Of a stretch of 64,000 bases of DNA, positions 40,861-50,427 are shown piece by piece. The notes beneath the pieces were generated by a model. It was not told where the DNA came from and made no database searches. It was given only the letters and a program-made list of their open reading frames with translations. Both the position numbers and the translations under genes were made by a program. Origin of the DNA: Trypanosoma brucei (lineage: Eukaryota); contig CH464491.1 of assembly GCA_000002445.1 (NCBI GenBank), forward strand, positions 3,808,001-3,872,000. Direction: 5' to 3'. Within the stretch, counting starts at the first letter, position 1. Every line of letters begins with the position of its first letter.

Positions 40861-41673
40861 TCAGGTAAGCAGCACCATCAGTTTATTCAATATTTCCCTG
40901 TTTTCTTCCTCTAGTGCTTGGAGTTTCTGAACAGATTCCAATTGCCGCTTGATGGCTGTTTCTAGAGCTTCTTGCGGCAGTGGTGTTGGCTGTGTTTCGG
41001 CTGTGTCGTTTTGAAGCTCCTTGTACATTGCTACAATGCTCTCCCCCATATCCTTCACTGAGGTCTGTTCGTCCAAATGAAACTGCCCAAAAGCACTTAA
41101 CTTCTCGAAGAAATTAGTCGATTCCTGGGAAAGTTTAACCTTTTCTAGCGCCCTTTCCGAATCCTCCCACTTCTGCTCCGACGAAGTCGTATCCACAAGC
41201 ACCTTTTCCCTTGTTGACGCCCGTGCACCTTTCCCATCAGCAGTCTGTTGACGTGAACTTTCCGCTGATTGTGCGCCTTGGTTTTTCTTTGCCTTGTCCT
41301 GCTGAGCGTAACCGACAGCCATCGCAAGGCATTGCAAGAAAGTATTTGTCCTCTCTGGCTCGCTTCCCGAAACTATTTTCTTCACGTTTACGTCCACTTT
41401 CTTTCCTAGCAAGGAGCTTATATATTCAACTAAGGTTGTGAGGTACTCAATTTTCTTCTCCTTTGAGTCTATGCATGAAGCGTCTAGTTGATCCGGGCGA
41501 AATATATGATCGTACGCCGCGAAACGAGCGTTGATTGAAGTGACGATGTCATGAATGAACCGGAAGGGCGGGCGCTTCAACAATTTTGGCGTAAGTTCTG
41601 GATTTCCCAACTGAAGCGGAGCGAAAGCTTGCACAGTAGCCGACCAAAAGTCCACTTCTCCTTCAGTGGCCAT
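40861..41673 (-). CDS. IFT54/TRAF3IP1 (MIP-T3)-like protein: N-terminal CH-like domain plus C-terminal coiled coil
   Basis: 'LTPKLLKRPPFRFIHDIVTSI' and 'KKIVSGSEPERTNTFLQCLAMAV' match the MIP-T3 N-terminal domain ('KPPFRYLHDII', 'AGHEPERTNELLQ'). ORF opens at 41880, but the first 69 residues look like UTR, so the Met at 41673 ('MATEGEVDF') is the likely start. Confidence 0.55.
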   Translation of the reverse strand: MATEGEVDFWSATVQAFAPLQLGNPELTPKLLKRPPFRFIHDIVTSINARFAAYDHIFRPDQLDASCIDSKEKKIEYLTTLVEYISSLLGKKVDVNVKKIVSGSEPERTNTFLQCLAMAVGYAQQDKAKKNQGAQSAESSRQQTADGKGARASTREKVLVDTTSSEQKWEDSERALEKVKLSQESTNFFEKLSAFGQFHLDEQTSVKDMGESIVAMYKELQNDTAETQPTPLPQEALETAIKRQLESVQKLQALEEENREILNKLMVLLT

Positions 41674-41711
41674 CGTCACGAAATAGGCAGAGGATGAACA
41701 AGGCACAAACG

Positions 41712-41716
<5 letters not shown>

Positions 41717-41744
<28 letters not shown>
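41717..41744. repeat. (AT)14 microsatellite
   Basis: Perfect AT run about 45 nt upstream of the putative IFT54-like start codon. Confidence 0.95.
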
Positions 41745-41748
<4 letters not shown>

Positions 41749-42039
41749 GGATACGCGTGGATGCTTGTCCCGCTCCTCACTAGTGTATTCACTGTTGATT
41801 TTTAAGGATGAGAAGGATGAGGGCATTATAAGATAACGAGAGCAATACAAGAGAGTTAAGCAACGGAGCCGACATTTCATCTAGGTTTGTGCACACAAGA
41901 GTAGATTGTGCTTGGTGCACAAATACTGTCAATTAGAGGCGTCTGTAATACGCATTCTTCCTACATGCACATATACTTATGTACATATATTATTCGTCTG
42001 AAAACATTTGTGTGTGTGTCGTTACTCGTAAACTTATAC

Positions 42040-43683
42040 TTACTTTTCGATAGTGTCCTTTTTTTCAGTACTGCTCTTGGTATCCCCGATTTCGTTAGTA
42101 CACTCACATCCAGTAATCTTCTTGAACTCATCGATTTGTCGCGTTTCGTCGGGCATGCCAAGAACAGCATTAAGCGAGAAACTACTTTCCAGTCGTCGCT
42201 GTTGTGACCTCGGAAGGAGGCGGTTCACCGTGGGGTTATGTGATACAGGTAGGAAGAGTGAGCTTGCGCCAACTCCTAACATTTTCACCTTCAGGTTTCG
42301 TATAGCGGTATGTGTGTCATAATGGCGTACAGAGAGCCAAGAACGGAGCTCTGGATTCTCCTTCTTCAGGTAAGTCATTTCACGTAACTTATTGATGATG
42401 GCGACAATACTAAATGGTGCATCCTTTCCAAGCCAATGTTCCTGTATTGCTTCGACAGGTGTGTAGTGTGGATAAATCAATTCCTCAATGCCCATCCATC
42501 CCTTCACGGCGTGACTAACACCAACAGTATCGTGCATCCGCACCTTTGCTGTGCGCATCAGCTGGGAAGGCCGATAGAAATCTTTCATTGGTCTTTCCAG
42601 CAGACGATTTATGCATATTAGAATTATGTAGCTAAAGGCATGAGCCGAAAGAGCAATGACATAGGTTCCAGACGGATCTTCGTAGTCGAGAGCGGTGTAA
42701 TCACGATCCATAAGTGCCGGATGGAATCCCCAAGTGCTCCTATCCTCCACTGTTGCACTTTGCTCGTACTCGTCCCTTTCAGATTTACGAGCGTATTTGT
42801 TGTACTTTTCTGGTGGTCGGAAGGCGACTGTAACGTCGGAAGTGTAACGTGATAGTTTGCGAATGGAAATATCTCGTGTAACTCCCATGCCATCGTCGAA
42901 TCGGATGGTTCGATGAACGTCAGCACGACCCAGGCACGCACCAATGGCGGCAAGTAAGTCGGTTAATCCTTCCGAATGCGATACGTCGTTACGAGCCGTC
43001 CAGACCACATCCCGAGTTCCAGTTTTTTTGTCTGTGAAGTAAAAAGATATGGTGAACACCTCTTCGGGCCTGTGCTTGTCCATATCGATGATACAATCCA
43101 TGCATTCAATCTCCTCTCCAAGTTGTCGCCATGTCAAATGTTTTGGACTTTTCCTGAACTTGTGCACAAACATAAGTTTGTGTTTCCACTGCTCCTCTTC
43201 ATCATACGGCACCAGGGAACTATCTGACTGGGAAATAGCCTCCACGACTTCACTTTCCACTTCGTCAATACGCCTGAAGTCAACCGTAGCCTTCGTAGCG
43301 TCCACAACTTCCTCCACCTTCCAAAGACCGGTGGGTCGGAGGGGACCGTGGTCTGGTACAGTTGATTCGCCATCGGCTGCAACAGTAGAAACGTCTTGTG
43401 AACGACTTCCTATACTCTCGCGGTGTCTGGTAGGGAGTGTGTTGGGGACGGGTGCCTCTTTGACGCAGTTTCCCCTGCCACTGTGGAGCACTATCGGCGT
43501 GACCTGCGCCGCGCTGCGCCAAGTGCCTGAATCGGTTTCATCAGGACTCCCACAGGGGCTCACACTACCGCCTGTGTTTCCCTTCACACCAGCGTCGCCG
43601 GAATTCGTTAGCTTCCGGCATTGATGCAGAAGTGGAGAAATGCATACAGGGATGTAGCGCGTCAGAGATGGCTTGAAATACAT
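42040..43683 (-). CDS. Conserved-looking hypothetical protein
   Basis: 547-aa non-repetitive ORF in register with the minus-strand cluster. No motif I can name with confidence. Confidence 0.5.
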   Translation of the reverse strand: MYFKPSLTRYIPVCISPLLHQCRKLTNSGDAGVKGNTGGSVSPCGSPDETDSGTWRSAAQVTPIVLHSGRGNCVKEAPVPNTLPTRHRESIGSRSQDVSTVAADGESTVPDHGPLRPTGLWKVEEVVDATKATVDFRRIDEVESEVVEAISQSDSSLVPYDEEEQWKHKLMFVHKFRKSPKHLTWRQLGEEIECMDCIIDMDKHRPEEVFTISFYFTDKKTGTRDVVWTARNDVSHSEGLTDLLAAIGACLGRADVHRTIRFDDGMGVTRDISIRKLSRYTSDVTVAFRPPEKYNKYARKSERDEYEQSATVEDRSTWGFHPALMDRDYTALDYEDPSGTYVIALSAHAFSYIILICINRLLERPMKDFYRPSQLMRTAKVRMHDTVGVSHAVKGWMGIEELIYPHYTPVEAIQEHWLGKDAPFSIVAIINKLREMTYLKKENPELRSWLSVRHYDTHTAIRNLKVKMLGVGASSLFLPVSHNPTVNRLLPRSQQRRLESSFSLNAVLGMPDETRQIDEFKKITGCECTNEIGDTKSSTEKKDTIEK

Positions 43684-43858
43684 CCATAAGCAACCCCTAA
43701 GGTATCTCGACGACCGCCTACCAGGATGTCAAATTCTTCGCGTCAGCGCTAGCAGCAAGAGTGACGCGAGTAGGTGGGAAAAAGTCGGTGTAAAAAACAA
43801 TGTATAGGAGAGGGGAAATGAATACACAACAGAAAATTCAGTGCCCAGAGCAACACAG

Positions 43859-43860
<2 letters not shown>

Positions 43861-43900
<40 letters not shown>
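43861..43900. repeat. (AT)20 microsatellite
   Basis: Perfect AT dinucleotide run, intergenic, about 180 nt upstream of the minus-strand gene starting at 43683. Confidence 0.95.
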
Positions 43901-43902
<2 letters not shown>

Positions 43903-44618
43903 AAGTTGTACGTACAACGCACCATATTGAAAAGTATGGGAAATTCAAACATGGTGAGTAACACCTTCTCGTGTTGCGGGCAGCCATATTGCCGCGGAAC
44001 CGATCCCAACGGACATCAAGCGCACAATGGTTTCTGTGTCTCTGAAAAAGAGATGCATCACCCTTCACTGTATCATTGACTGTGGTCGAAGTCCTCTTCT
44101 GCGAAATACGGATCGTGAACGCAGTCCCATAACTGCAAGCGGGAAGAGAATACCCGCGCACACTAGCACCATCCCCATTATGTATCCTACAATTGAGAGC
44201 TCTAGAGTCGCCCCTGCCATGGCGGCAATCTGCGGTCCTCGTCAACTTCACGATGAGCCTGAGGGCGGAGGGAAGGGAATGTGCCAAATCTACGAACCAC
44301 AACTTTCAGCTACTTACAGGATAGAATGGAAAAAAAAGATAAGTGTCCGAGTGCTCGAAGAAGTTCACTAGTTAATACAGAATGCAAAAGAAGTCATCAC
44401 GAATTCTTTCCCCTTCCCACCTTTCTTCTTTCTTTCTTTGAGACATTTTTTAAAAGATCCCTCGGCATACATCGGCAGGTGTCATTTTCTGAAATCCAAA
44501 TTACACACTTAAACTGGGTTAATTGCTGATTACTCGTTATTGCACAGAAATAGTGATGAACCGACAGTGCGGAGAACCCAAAATAGTGGCGAAGACGCCA
44601 CTAATCGCCTCTCTTCAC

Positions 44619-45227
44619 TCATTGTTGCTGATTTCGTTGAATTTTGTTCAACAATGCCTCGACTCTGCCACTCATGACAGGTTGGCCCTTACGGGTTCTT
44701 TGCGCATACAAGGCGTTCTGCGCCATACGCTCCTTTATTCGCTTCACCTTCATTTCATCGCGTTCCCTTTTCGCCACCCTCGCTGCTTCGATTTCCTCCT
44801 GTCGCTTCTTTCGTATTTTTTCTACTTTTGTCAAGGCGTTGTGATGTTTTTCTTGTTTCTGCACGAGATCCATCACCGTCTGCCCGGCATAATTCCGCTT
44901 GAGGTTATACCTCCGCTTCCTCTTTTCGGCGTTCGTGAGGCTCTGATCATATTCAATATGATTTAGCTTCTCACCTAGTTTATTTGCCGCTTCCTCACGC
45001 ATTGCGTCGTACTCCTGCAAACGCTTGGATTGAATACCTTCCGCTTTACATAGCCGTCGGAACTCTTCCATCCGCTGCCTCTCTGCATCCTTCCGTTCGC
45101 GACCGCTGAGCAGCAGCTCGTTCCGCACTTTGCGCCTAAAAGCTGCCTGCCGCTCTGCCTTTAACATCGGTGGAGGACGTCGCTCCACACCAGCCCTAGC
45201 TTCGTCTCTACCCATTTTCTTGACCAT
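44619..45227 (-). CDS. Basic, charged coiled-coil protein (nucleolar/ribosome-biogenesis-like)
   Basis: 202 aa, K/R/E-rich with heptad periodicity ('RQRMEEFRRLCKAEGIQSKRLQEYDAMREEAANKL'). Domain identity uncertain. Confidence 0.45.
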   Translation of the reverse strand: MVKKMGRDEARAGVERRPPPMLKAERQAAFRRKVRNELLLSGRERKDAERQRMEEFRRLCKAEGIQSKRLQEYDAMREEAANKLGEKLNHIEYDQSLTNAEKRKRRYNLKRNYAGQTVMDLVQKQEKHHNALTKVEKIRKKRQEEIEAARVAKRERDEMKVKRIKERMAQNALYAQRTRKGQPVMSGRVEALLNKIQRNQQQ

Positions 45228-45612
45228 AATTCTGGGGATTGGCTAAGGAAGAAATTTCATGCAAACCCAACAGCGGAGCGGTAAATAAACACATATATGA
45301 GGAAACGTATCGTGTTAAACACGAATATTCAAATTTGTGCATTTGATGTGCGATTTTTTTATTTTTGACACAAACAGTAGGAAACTCTGTTTTGACGAGC
45401 AATGACACCGAATATCTTAATAAAGTAAAACATATAACAGAGAGATAAAAGCGAATTCATTACCGAGCAATGTAGTGCACAAGTGCGTGACATCTAGAAG
45501 TGACTGAAATAACTAGCATCGTTGTTCATCGTAATGGTACACACGACGTGCTGAACGGAAGAAATACGATGGAGAGGATGACACAAATCAGCGCATGGAA
45601 AGAATCCTGCGC

Positions 45613-46743
45613 TCACGAAGACGCCGCTTTCCCAGGAGGCGTTCCACATTCCATGAGTTTTGCCTTCGCTGACCAAATAAGTTCCCGCAGCAGCGCTTCC
45701 GGTATATTTTCGCGACGGTACAATGCCCCTCCCGGGTATATTAGATAGTGATGCTCCGGCAGTAACTGCTTCACCGAACAAACAGGGCGTCCGTGAGGCT
45801 CGTACAACACACGTGGAGCTGGACGGCACTTGGTGGCTGCAGCAGCTCTCTCAATCACGTCCTCTACATAAAAAAAGTTTCCATATACAGCAATACGACT
45901 GGGCACACACGACCGTACCGAAAAACTTCCGAAACACGGCCACACATTGATCCAAAAGGTTTGGTCGGGTGACGTTCGGCATGGAGAGTAGGAGGGACCA
46001 CTGGGTGATATCATACGGTCCACACGTGTTTGCGCGGCACGACGGGGTCGGCGAGATTGACAATTGACGGCAGACACCTTTTTCCTATTGGATGGTTGTG
46101 TCGTTGGTGTTTTCTTGGAAAGACTTTGAGGGACGCAAAAAGTCCCCTTTTCAAAAAGGCACCGACTGCCCTTCTTGTGTACGTGTGGCCTCGTGCACGC
46201 CTCAATCACGTGCACGCACGGAATTGAGGCATAAACAGTTTGAAGCTTTCCGCTGCGCTTTCCAACATCGAAATGGGTTTCCTCTGGAATGTGACTCGCG
46301 TCCTCTTGTTGCTCACTAACTTCTCCCATAATAGAAGCATCCGACCCCCCGCTACCGTTACCCATAAATGTCTTCTTTGGTAACTCCGAAGATGGAGCAG
46401 CGTCGTCACGTCCTACGTTCTCAACCTCTCCGTGCGAATTATCTGACGCACTATCCTCAGAAATGCACATGTCATTCATCGACTCTCCATCCTCCATTGT
46501 GGACAACTCCACGTCCTCTGGCAAAATGGTTCCCCGATCACGCGGTGAATGTACTGAGGGTGAATCGATATTAGTCCCTAGAAATCCTTTCATTATTGTT
46601 TCTCTCGCTTTCCTAAGTTTATCCCAACCTTCCCGAACGACTTGCAAATCACTTTCAAGCACCCCCGACACCTCACGAATCATTTCACGTATCTGGTGTA
46701 TCTGAGGGTATACACCACTGGACGCATCAGGTGTCTCAATCAT
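45613..46743 (-). CDS. Hypothetical protein, possible C-terminal DCX/ubiquitin-like fold
   Basis: ORF opens at 46851, but the first 36 aa translate a pyrimidine tract, so the Met at 46743 ('MIETPDASS') is the likely start. C-terminal 'RVLYEPHGRPVCSVKQLLPEHHYLIYPGGALY' resembles a doublecortin-type beta-grasp. Confidence 0.4.
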   Translation of the reverse strand: MIETPDASSGVYPQIHQIREMIREVSGVLESDLQVVREGWDKLRKARETIMKGFLGTNIDSPSVHSPRDRGTILPEDVELSTMEDGESMNDMCISEDSASDNSHGEVENVGRDDAAPSSELPKKTFMGNGSGGSDASIMGEVSEQQEDASHIPEETHFDVGKRSGKLQTVYASIPCVHVIEACTRPHVHKKGSRCLFEKGTFCVPQSLSKKTPTTQPSNRKKVSAVNCQSRRPRRAAQTRVDRMISPSGPSYSPCRTSPDQTFWINVWPCFGSFSVRSCVPSRIAVYGNFFYVEDVIERAAAATKCRPAPRVLYEPHGRPVCSVKQLLPEHHYLIYPGGALYRRENIPEALLRELIWSAKAKLMECGTPPGKAASS

Positions 46744-47569
46744 GTCTAAATGCTTAGGTACAGCAGCATGAATTTGACGAGACAGCGGTGAAAAAAAAAA
46801 AAGAAAAGAATAGAAAGGGAGGAATAGAATGAAAGGAGTGAGGCGCAACACAACAACGGCAACATCATCAAAAAAGCGTCACATCCGCAGTTTAAGTGGG
46901 ATGTTTATTTTAAGGTGCGCATGTGCCCACTTACACACCCAGGTAGATTATCAACCATAATGGTAACTACAGTTAGGGTAACACTGCCGCACAGAAACGG
47001 CCAGATACCCTTGACATGCACTACCACATACGCACACACACAAATACAAGTTCCTCCGTCGTCCCCCATTAACTACTTACTTCTAATCATCATATTCCCA
47101 CAAACGTAAACCGCTCGCAAAAATTTCACCAGTAACTCAACAACCTGCGACGACCATGCGTGACATCTCAGGAAGCGAGAAAATCATACAGCATAATATG
47201 AACCACCTGCACCACCATGCGCACGAACGTAATAAATAAAAGGATACTGCTGCTTCCCTCACACCCCCTCTTCCAAACGTTCCGGTGTTTGCTCTTCCCG
47301 TTATGTTGTCATTCTCATCAGGTGTTTTTCTTCTGTTTGTTTACAAGAAAAAAAAAGACGTAGCAACAACAACAGTCCAAACAATAATAACGACGAGAGT
47401 TGCAACCACAATATATTTTTGAGAATTATCGGCTCGTGGCTTCCTGCTGGAACGCCAGCGACGGAACAACAATTAAATGAATTGGCAACCAACTCTGTGA
47501 GCAGATAAAAGTAAAAGAATGAAAACAAACAAGCAACACCTTAAGAACATGAAATAAAATTCACCAGCT

Positions 47570-49603
47570 CTAGCTGGTATCAGTGACTATTGGACGAGGA
47601 CCGAGGATCTGCTCAATGTCGGCTTTCGTTAGCTCCTTCTTTTCCAGTAAAAGTTTCGTAAGCTTTTCATGAAGCTCACGTTTCTCCAAGAGAACCTTCT
47701 CTGTATGTTTATAAGCCGAAGCGACGAGATGCCGCGCTTCCTCTTCCACTTTCGCATGTAGTTCTTCTGAAAAGTTCATCCAACCGCGGCCCTCATTTCT
47801 TTCGTTCGCTTTGAAGGCAAGCTGACCAATGGACTTAGACATTCCATAAAGAAGAAGCTTCTCCATGGCAATACGCGTCGCACGTTGGAGATCATCCATA
47901 GCACCTGTTGATATGTCCTTCATGAAAATACGCTCGGCCACACGACCGCCCATCAGCACACAAAGTTGAGAAAACAAAAAGGCATCTGTGCGAGGCTCCA
48001 TCGCTTCGTCCTGCATTTGTTGCGTGTATCCACCAGCTCTACCTCGAGGAATGATTGATATCTTTAAAACATCCTTCTGTAGTGGTGATGTCCACGCCAT
48101 AATCGCATGGCCAACTTCGTGGTAGGCGGTCCGTTCCAATGAGCTGTCACTCATACGCTGCCGGTGTTTTTTTCCGATGAGGACATCGTCGATGCTTTCC
48201 TGAAGGGTTTTCAACGGGACCACCTCACATTCCGCAACTGCAGAGGTGAGTGCAGCCTCGTTAACAATTGTAGCGATTTGAGCTGGCGATACACCGGGAG
48301 TGCGATCCGCAAGAGCTATGGCGTATTCTTTATTGCTCACCCCGGGAATCACTTTGACTTCGGGTGCCTCCTCCTCCGCGGTAAGCGAAGCTACTTTCTC
48401 TTTTCCATCGTTTGCCTTTGGGGAAGCTGCGGATTCTGTTTTAATGTTGTCCCCGTCTTCGCTTTCCTTACGAGTTCGGAAGCGCTGTATCTTTGGTTTA
48501 CACTCCGCGTCACCAGTTATGATGCGCTTCAAGTAGTATTCAAATAACTCAACTCGCGCCGATCTGTCAGGCATTGGGACATTCACCTTGCGATCAAAGC
48601 GACCCTCGCGTAGAAGAGCCTTGTCAATGACTTCGGGGTAGTTTGTCGCCGCAATAACTACAATTGCCTCCTTACTCGTCAAACCGTCCAACTCTGCAAG
48701 AAGTTGGTTAATAGTACGGTTTTCTTCACTACCTCCACCTCCCATACTCCGACCACTTTGGTTACGAGAGCCAATGGCGTCAATTTCGTCAATGAAAACA
48801 ATGCAGGGTGCAGCCTCTCGTGCTTGTGCAAAAAGTTCACGAACGCGCTTTGGTCCGCTTCCACCAAAAATTTCGATAAAGTCAGCCCCTGAGCAACTGA
48901 GAAAGGGCGCATTCGCCTCACCAGCAACGGCTCGGGCGAGTAATGTTTTTCCCGTACCGGGGCTTCCCGTTAGCAGGCACCCCTTTGGAAGCCGAGCGCC
49001 AAGCCTTGTAAATTTTTTTGGGTCCTTGATGAAGTCAACATATTGCTTCAAATCCTCTTTCGCCTCAGGAATGCCGATAATATCTGCGAAGGTGGTACCC
49101 TTCACATCAACACGAAAATTCTTTGGTTTCATGGGGTTCATCATTTCCATCAAATTCCCCATTCCAGGTTTCTTCCCTGCCCCACCAGCTGCGCCTTGGG
49201 CCATAGCCTGCGTGTATTTCCGTCGCACATACCACAATGGACCAACGAATATGGCAATATTAACAATCAGCGGTGCCACCCAACTGACTATATTACCGAC
49301 GACAGGTCCCGATGGTTTCACTACGCCGTCGTAAAATCCCTTGTAGTAATCACTGTCCTGCTGGGGAGAAATAAAAGGTGGTGGCTGGAGCGGAGCCCCT
49401 GGTGGATAATACGAATTATTTGGTTGGTTGTACGTTTGGCCACCATGCGGTTGGGTAAATGAGGTTTGAGGTGGTACATAATGTGCTGGTTGAGGAATTT
49501 GATGCTGTTGGGGCGAAAACCCCTGCGGCTGCGCGAAATGCTGCTGATGCATTTGTTCAAACAGCGACTGCCCACTGGGCGCACCACGCGGTTCTCCCTG
49601 CAT
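47570..49603 (-). CDS. ATP-dependent zinc metalloprotease, FtsH/AFG3/YME1 family (mitochondrial AAA protease)
   Basis: Walker A 'GSPGTGKT'. Walker B 'IVFIDEIDAIG'. Second region of homology present. HEXXH zinc site 'HEVGHAIMAW'. One hydrophobic TM segment after a Gln/Pro-rich N-terminus. Lineage-specific insertion inside the AAA module. Confidence 0.9.
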   Translation of the reverse strand: MQGEPRGAPSGQSLFEQMHQQHFAQPQGFSPQQHQIPQPAHYVPPQTSFTQPHGGQTYNQPNNSYYPPGAPLQPPPFISPQQDSDYYKGFYDGVVKPSGPVVGNIVSWVAPLIVNIAIFVGPLWYVRRKYTQAMAQGAAGGAGKKPGMGNLMEMMNPMKPKNFRVDVKGTTFADIIGIPEAKEDLKQYVDFIKDPKKFTRLGARLPKGCLLTGSPGTGKTLLARAVAGEANAPFLSCSGADFIEIFGGSGPKRVRELFAQAREAAPCIVFIDEIDAIGSRNQSGRSMGGGGSEENRTINQLLAELDGLTSKEAIVVIAATNYPEVIDKALLREGRFDRKVNVPMPDRSARVELFEYYLKRIITGDAECKPKIQRFRTRKESEDGDNIKTESAASPKANDGKEKVASLTAEEEAPEVKVIPGVSNKEYAIALADRTPGVSPAQIATIVNEAALTSAVAECEVVPLKTLQESIDDVLIGKKHRQRMSDSSLERTAYHEVGHAIMAWTSPLQKDVLKISIIPRGRAGGYTQQMQDEAMEPRTDAFLFSQLCVLMGGRVAERIFMKDISTGAMDDLQRATRIAMEKLLLYGMSKSIGQLAFKANERNEGRGWMNFSEELHAKVEEEARHLVASAYKHTEKVLLEKRELHEKLTKLLLEKKELTKADIEQILGPRPIVTDTS

Positions 49604-50427
49604 TTACTTTCTTCTGTGAATAACGAACAAACCAAGAAGTACTGTAAAAGACAGGAAACACAAATTAAAAAACAAAACAGGAAGAAACAAATAGTTATAA
49701 AAGAAACCAGGGGCACTGTTAAAATTACTAACGACCATTTGCTATCGAACAGTAACGAAACTTACCACCTACCCCTTAGGATCCAATTTAAATAAACGCT
49801 TCTCTCTGTCGGCTGGACAGAGTCATGAAAAAACAATATATATATATATTTTCCATCTCCAACTGACACAATTAATGTCTGGATCCTGTCGCTAATTCAA
49901 ACTGTGAAACCAATTTTATGGTATAATAGTACACGGCGAATATTAGCGGCATTCTTCCGTCTTCTGAGGCTCTAATTTACCATTGTACCTAACCTCCATG
50001 CTAGTTTTGAAAACATAAAAAAAAAGAGCATGTCACAAACCGAGTTGACACGCGTAAAAAATGTGCAAAAATGTGCCTTTAGATATGAAAGAAGAACAAA
50101 AAGAGAGTAAGAGAAAGATATGCAAGGGCGTTTTTTTAAAGCAAAGAACAAAAATAGCTCAGTTTTACTGGGACAATGAAACACACAAACGCTAATAGGG
50201 GTAAAAATTGGGGCGAAAAACGAAAGGAACCAATAAAGTATATATTTAGTCATGAAAGTTTTTTCTTAAAGGAAAAGAAGAAAGAAAGGAAGGGGTTCAC
50301 GTGAAGTAAAACACATTCAGTATATAAGAATCCTTCACATCTTCCTATAGCGCACAAAAAGTAAAGTACTTCGGAAGAAAAGAGAAAAAAGATGAAAGAA
50401 AAGTTTCCAGTATGAAGAAGGTCCTTC

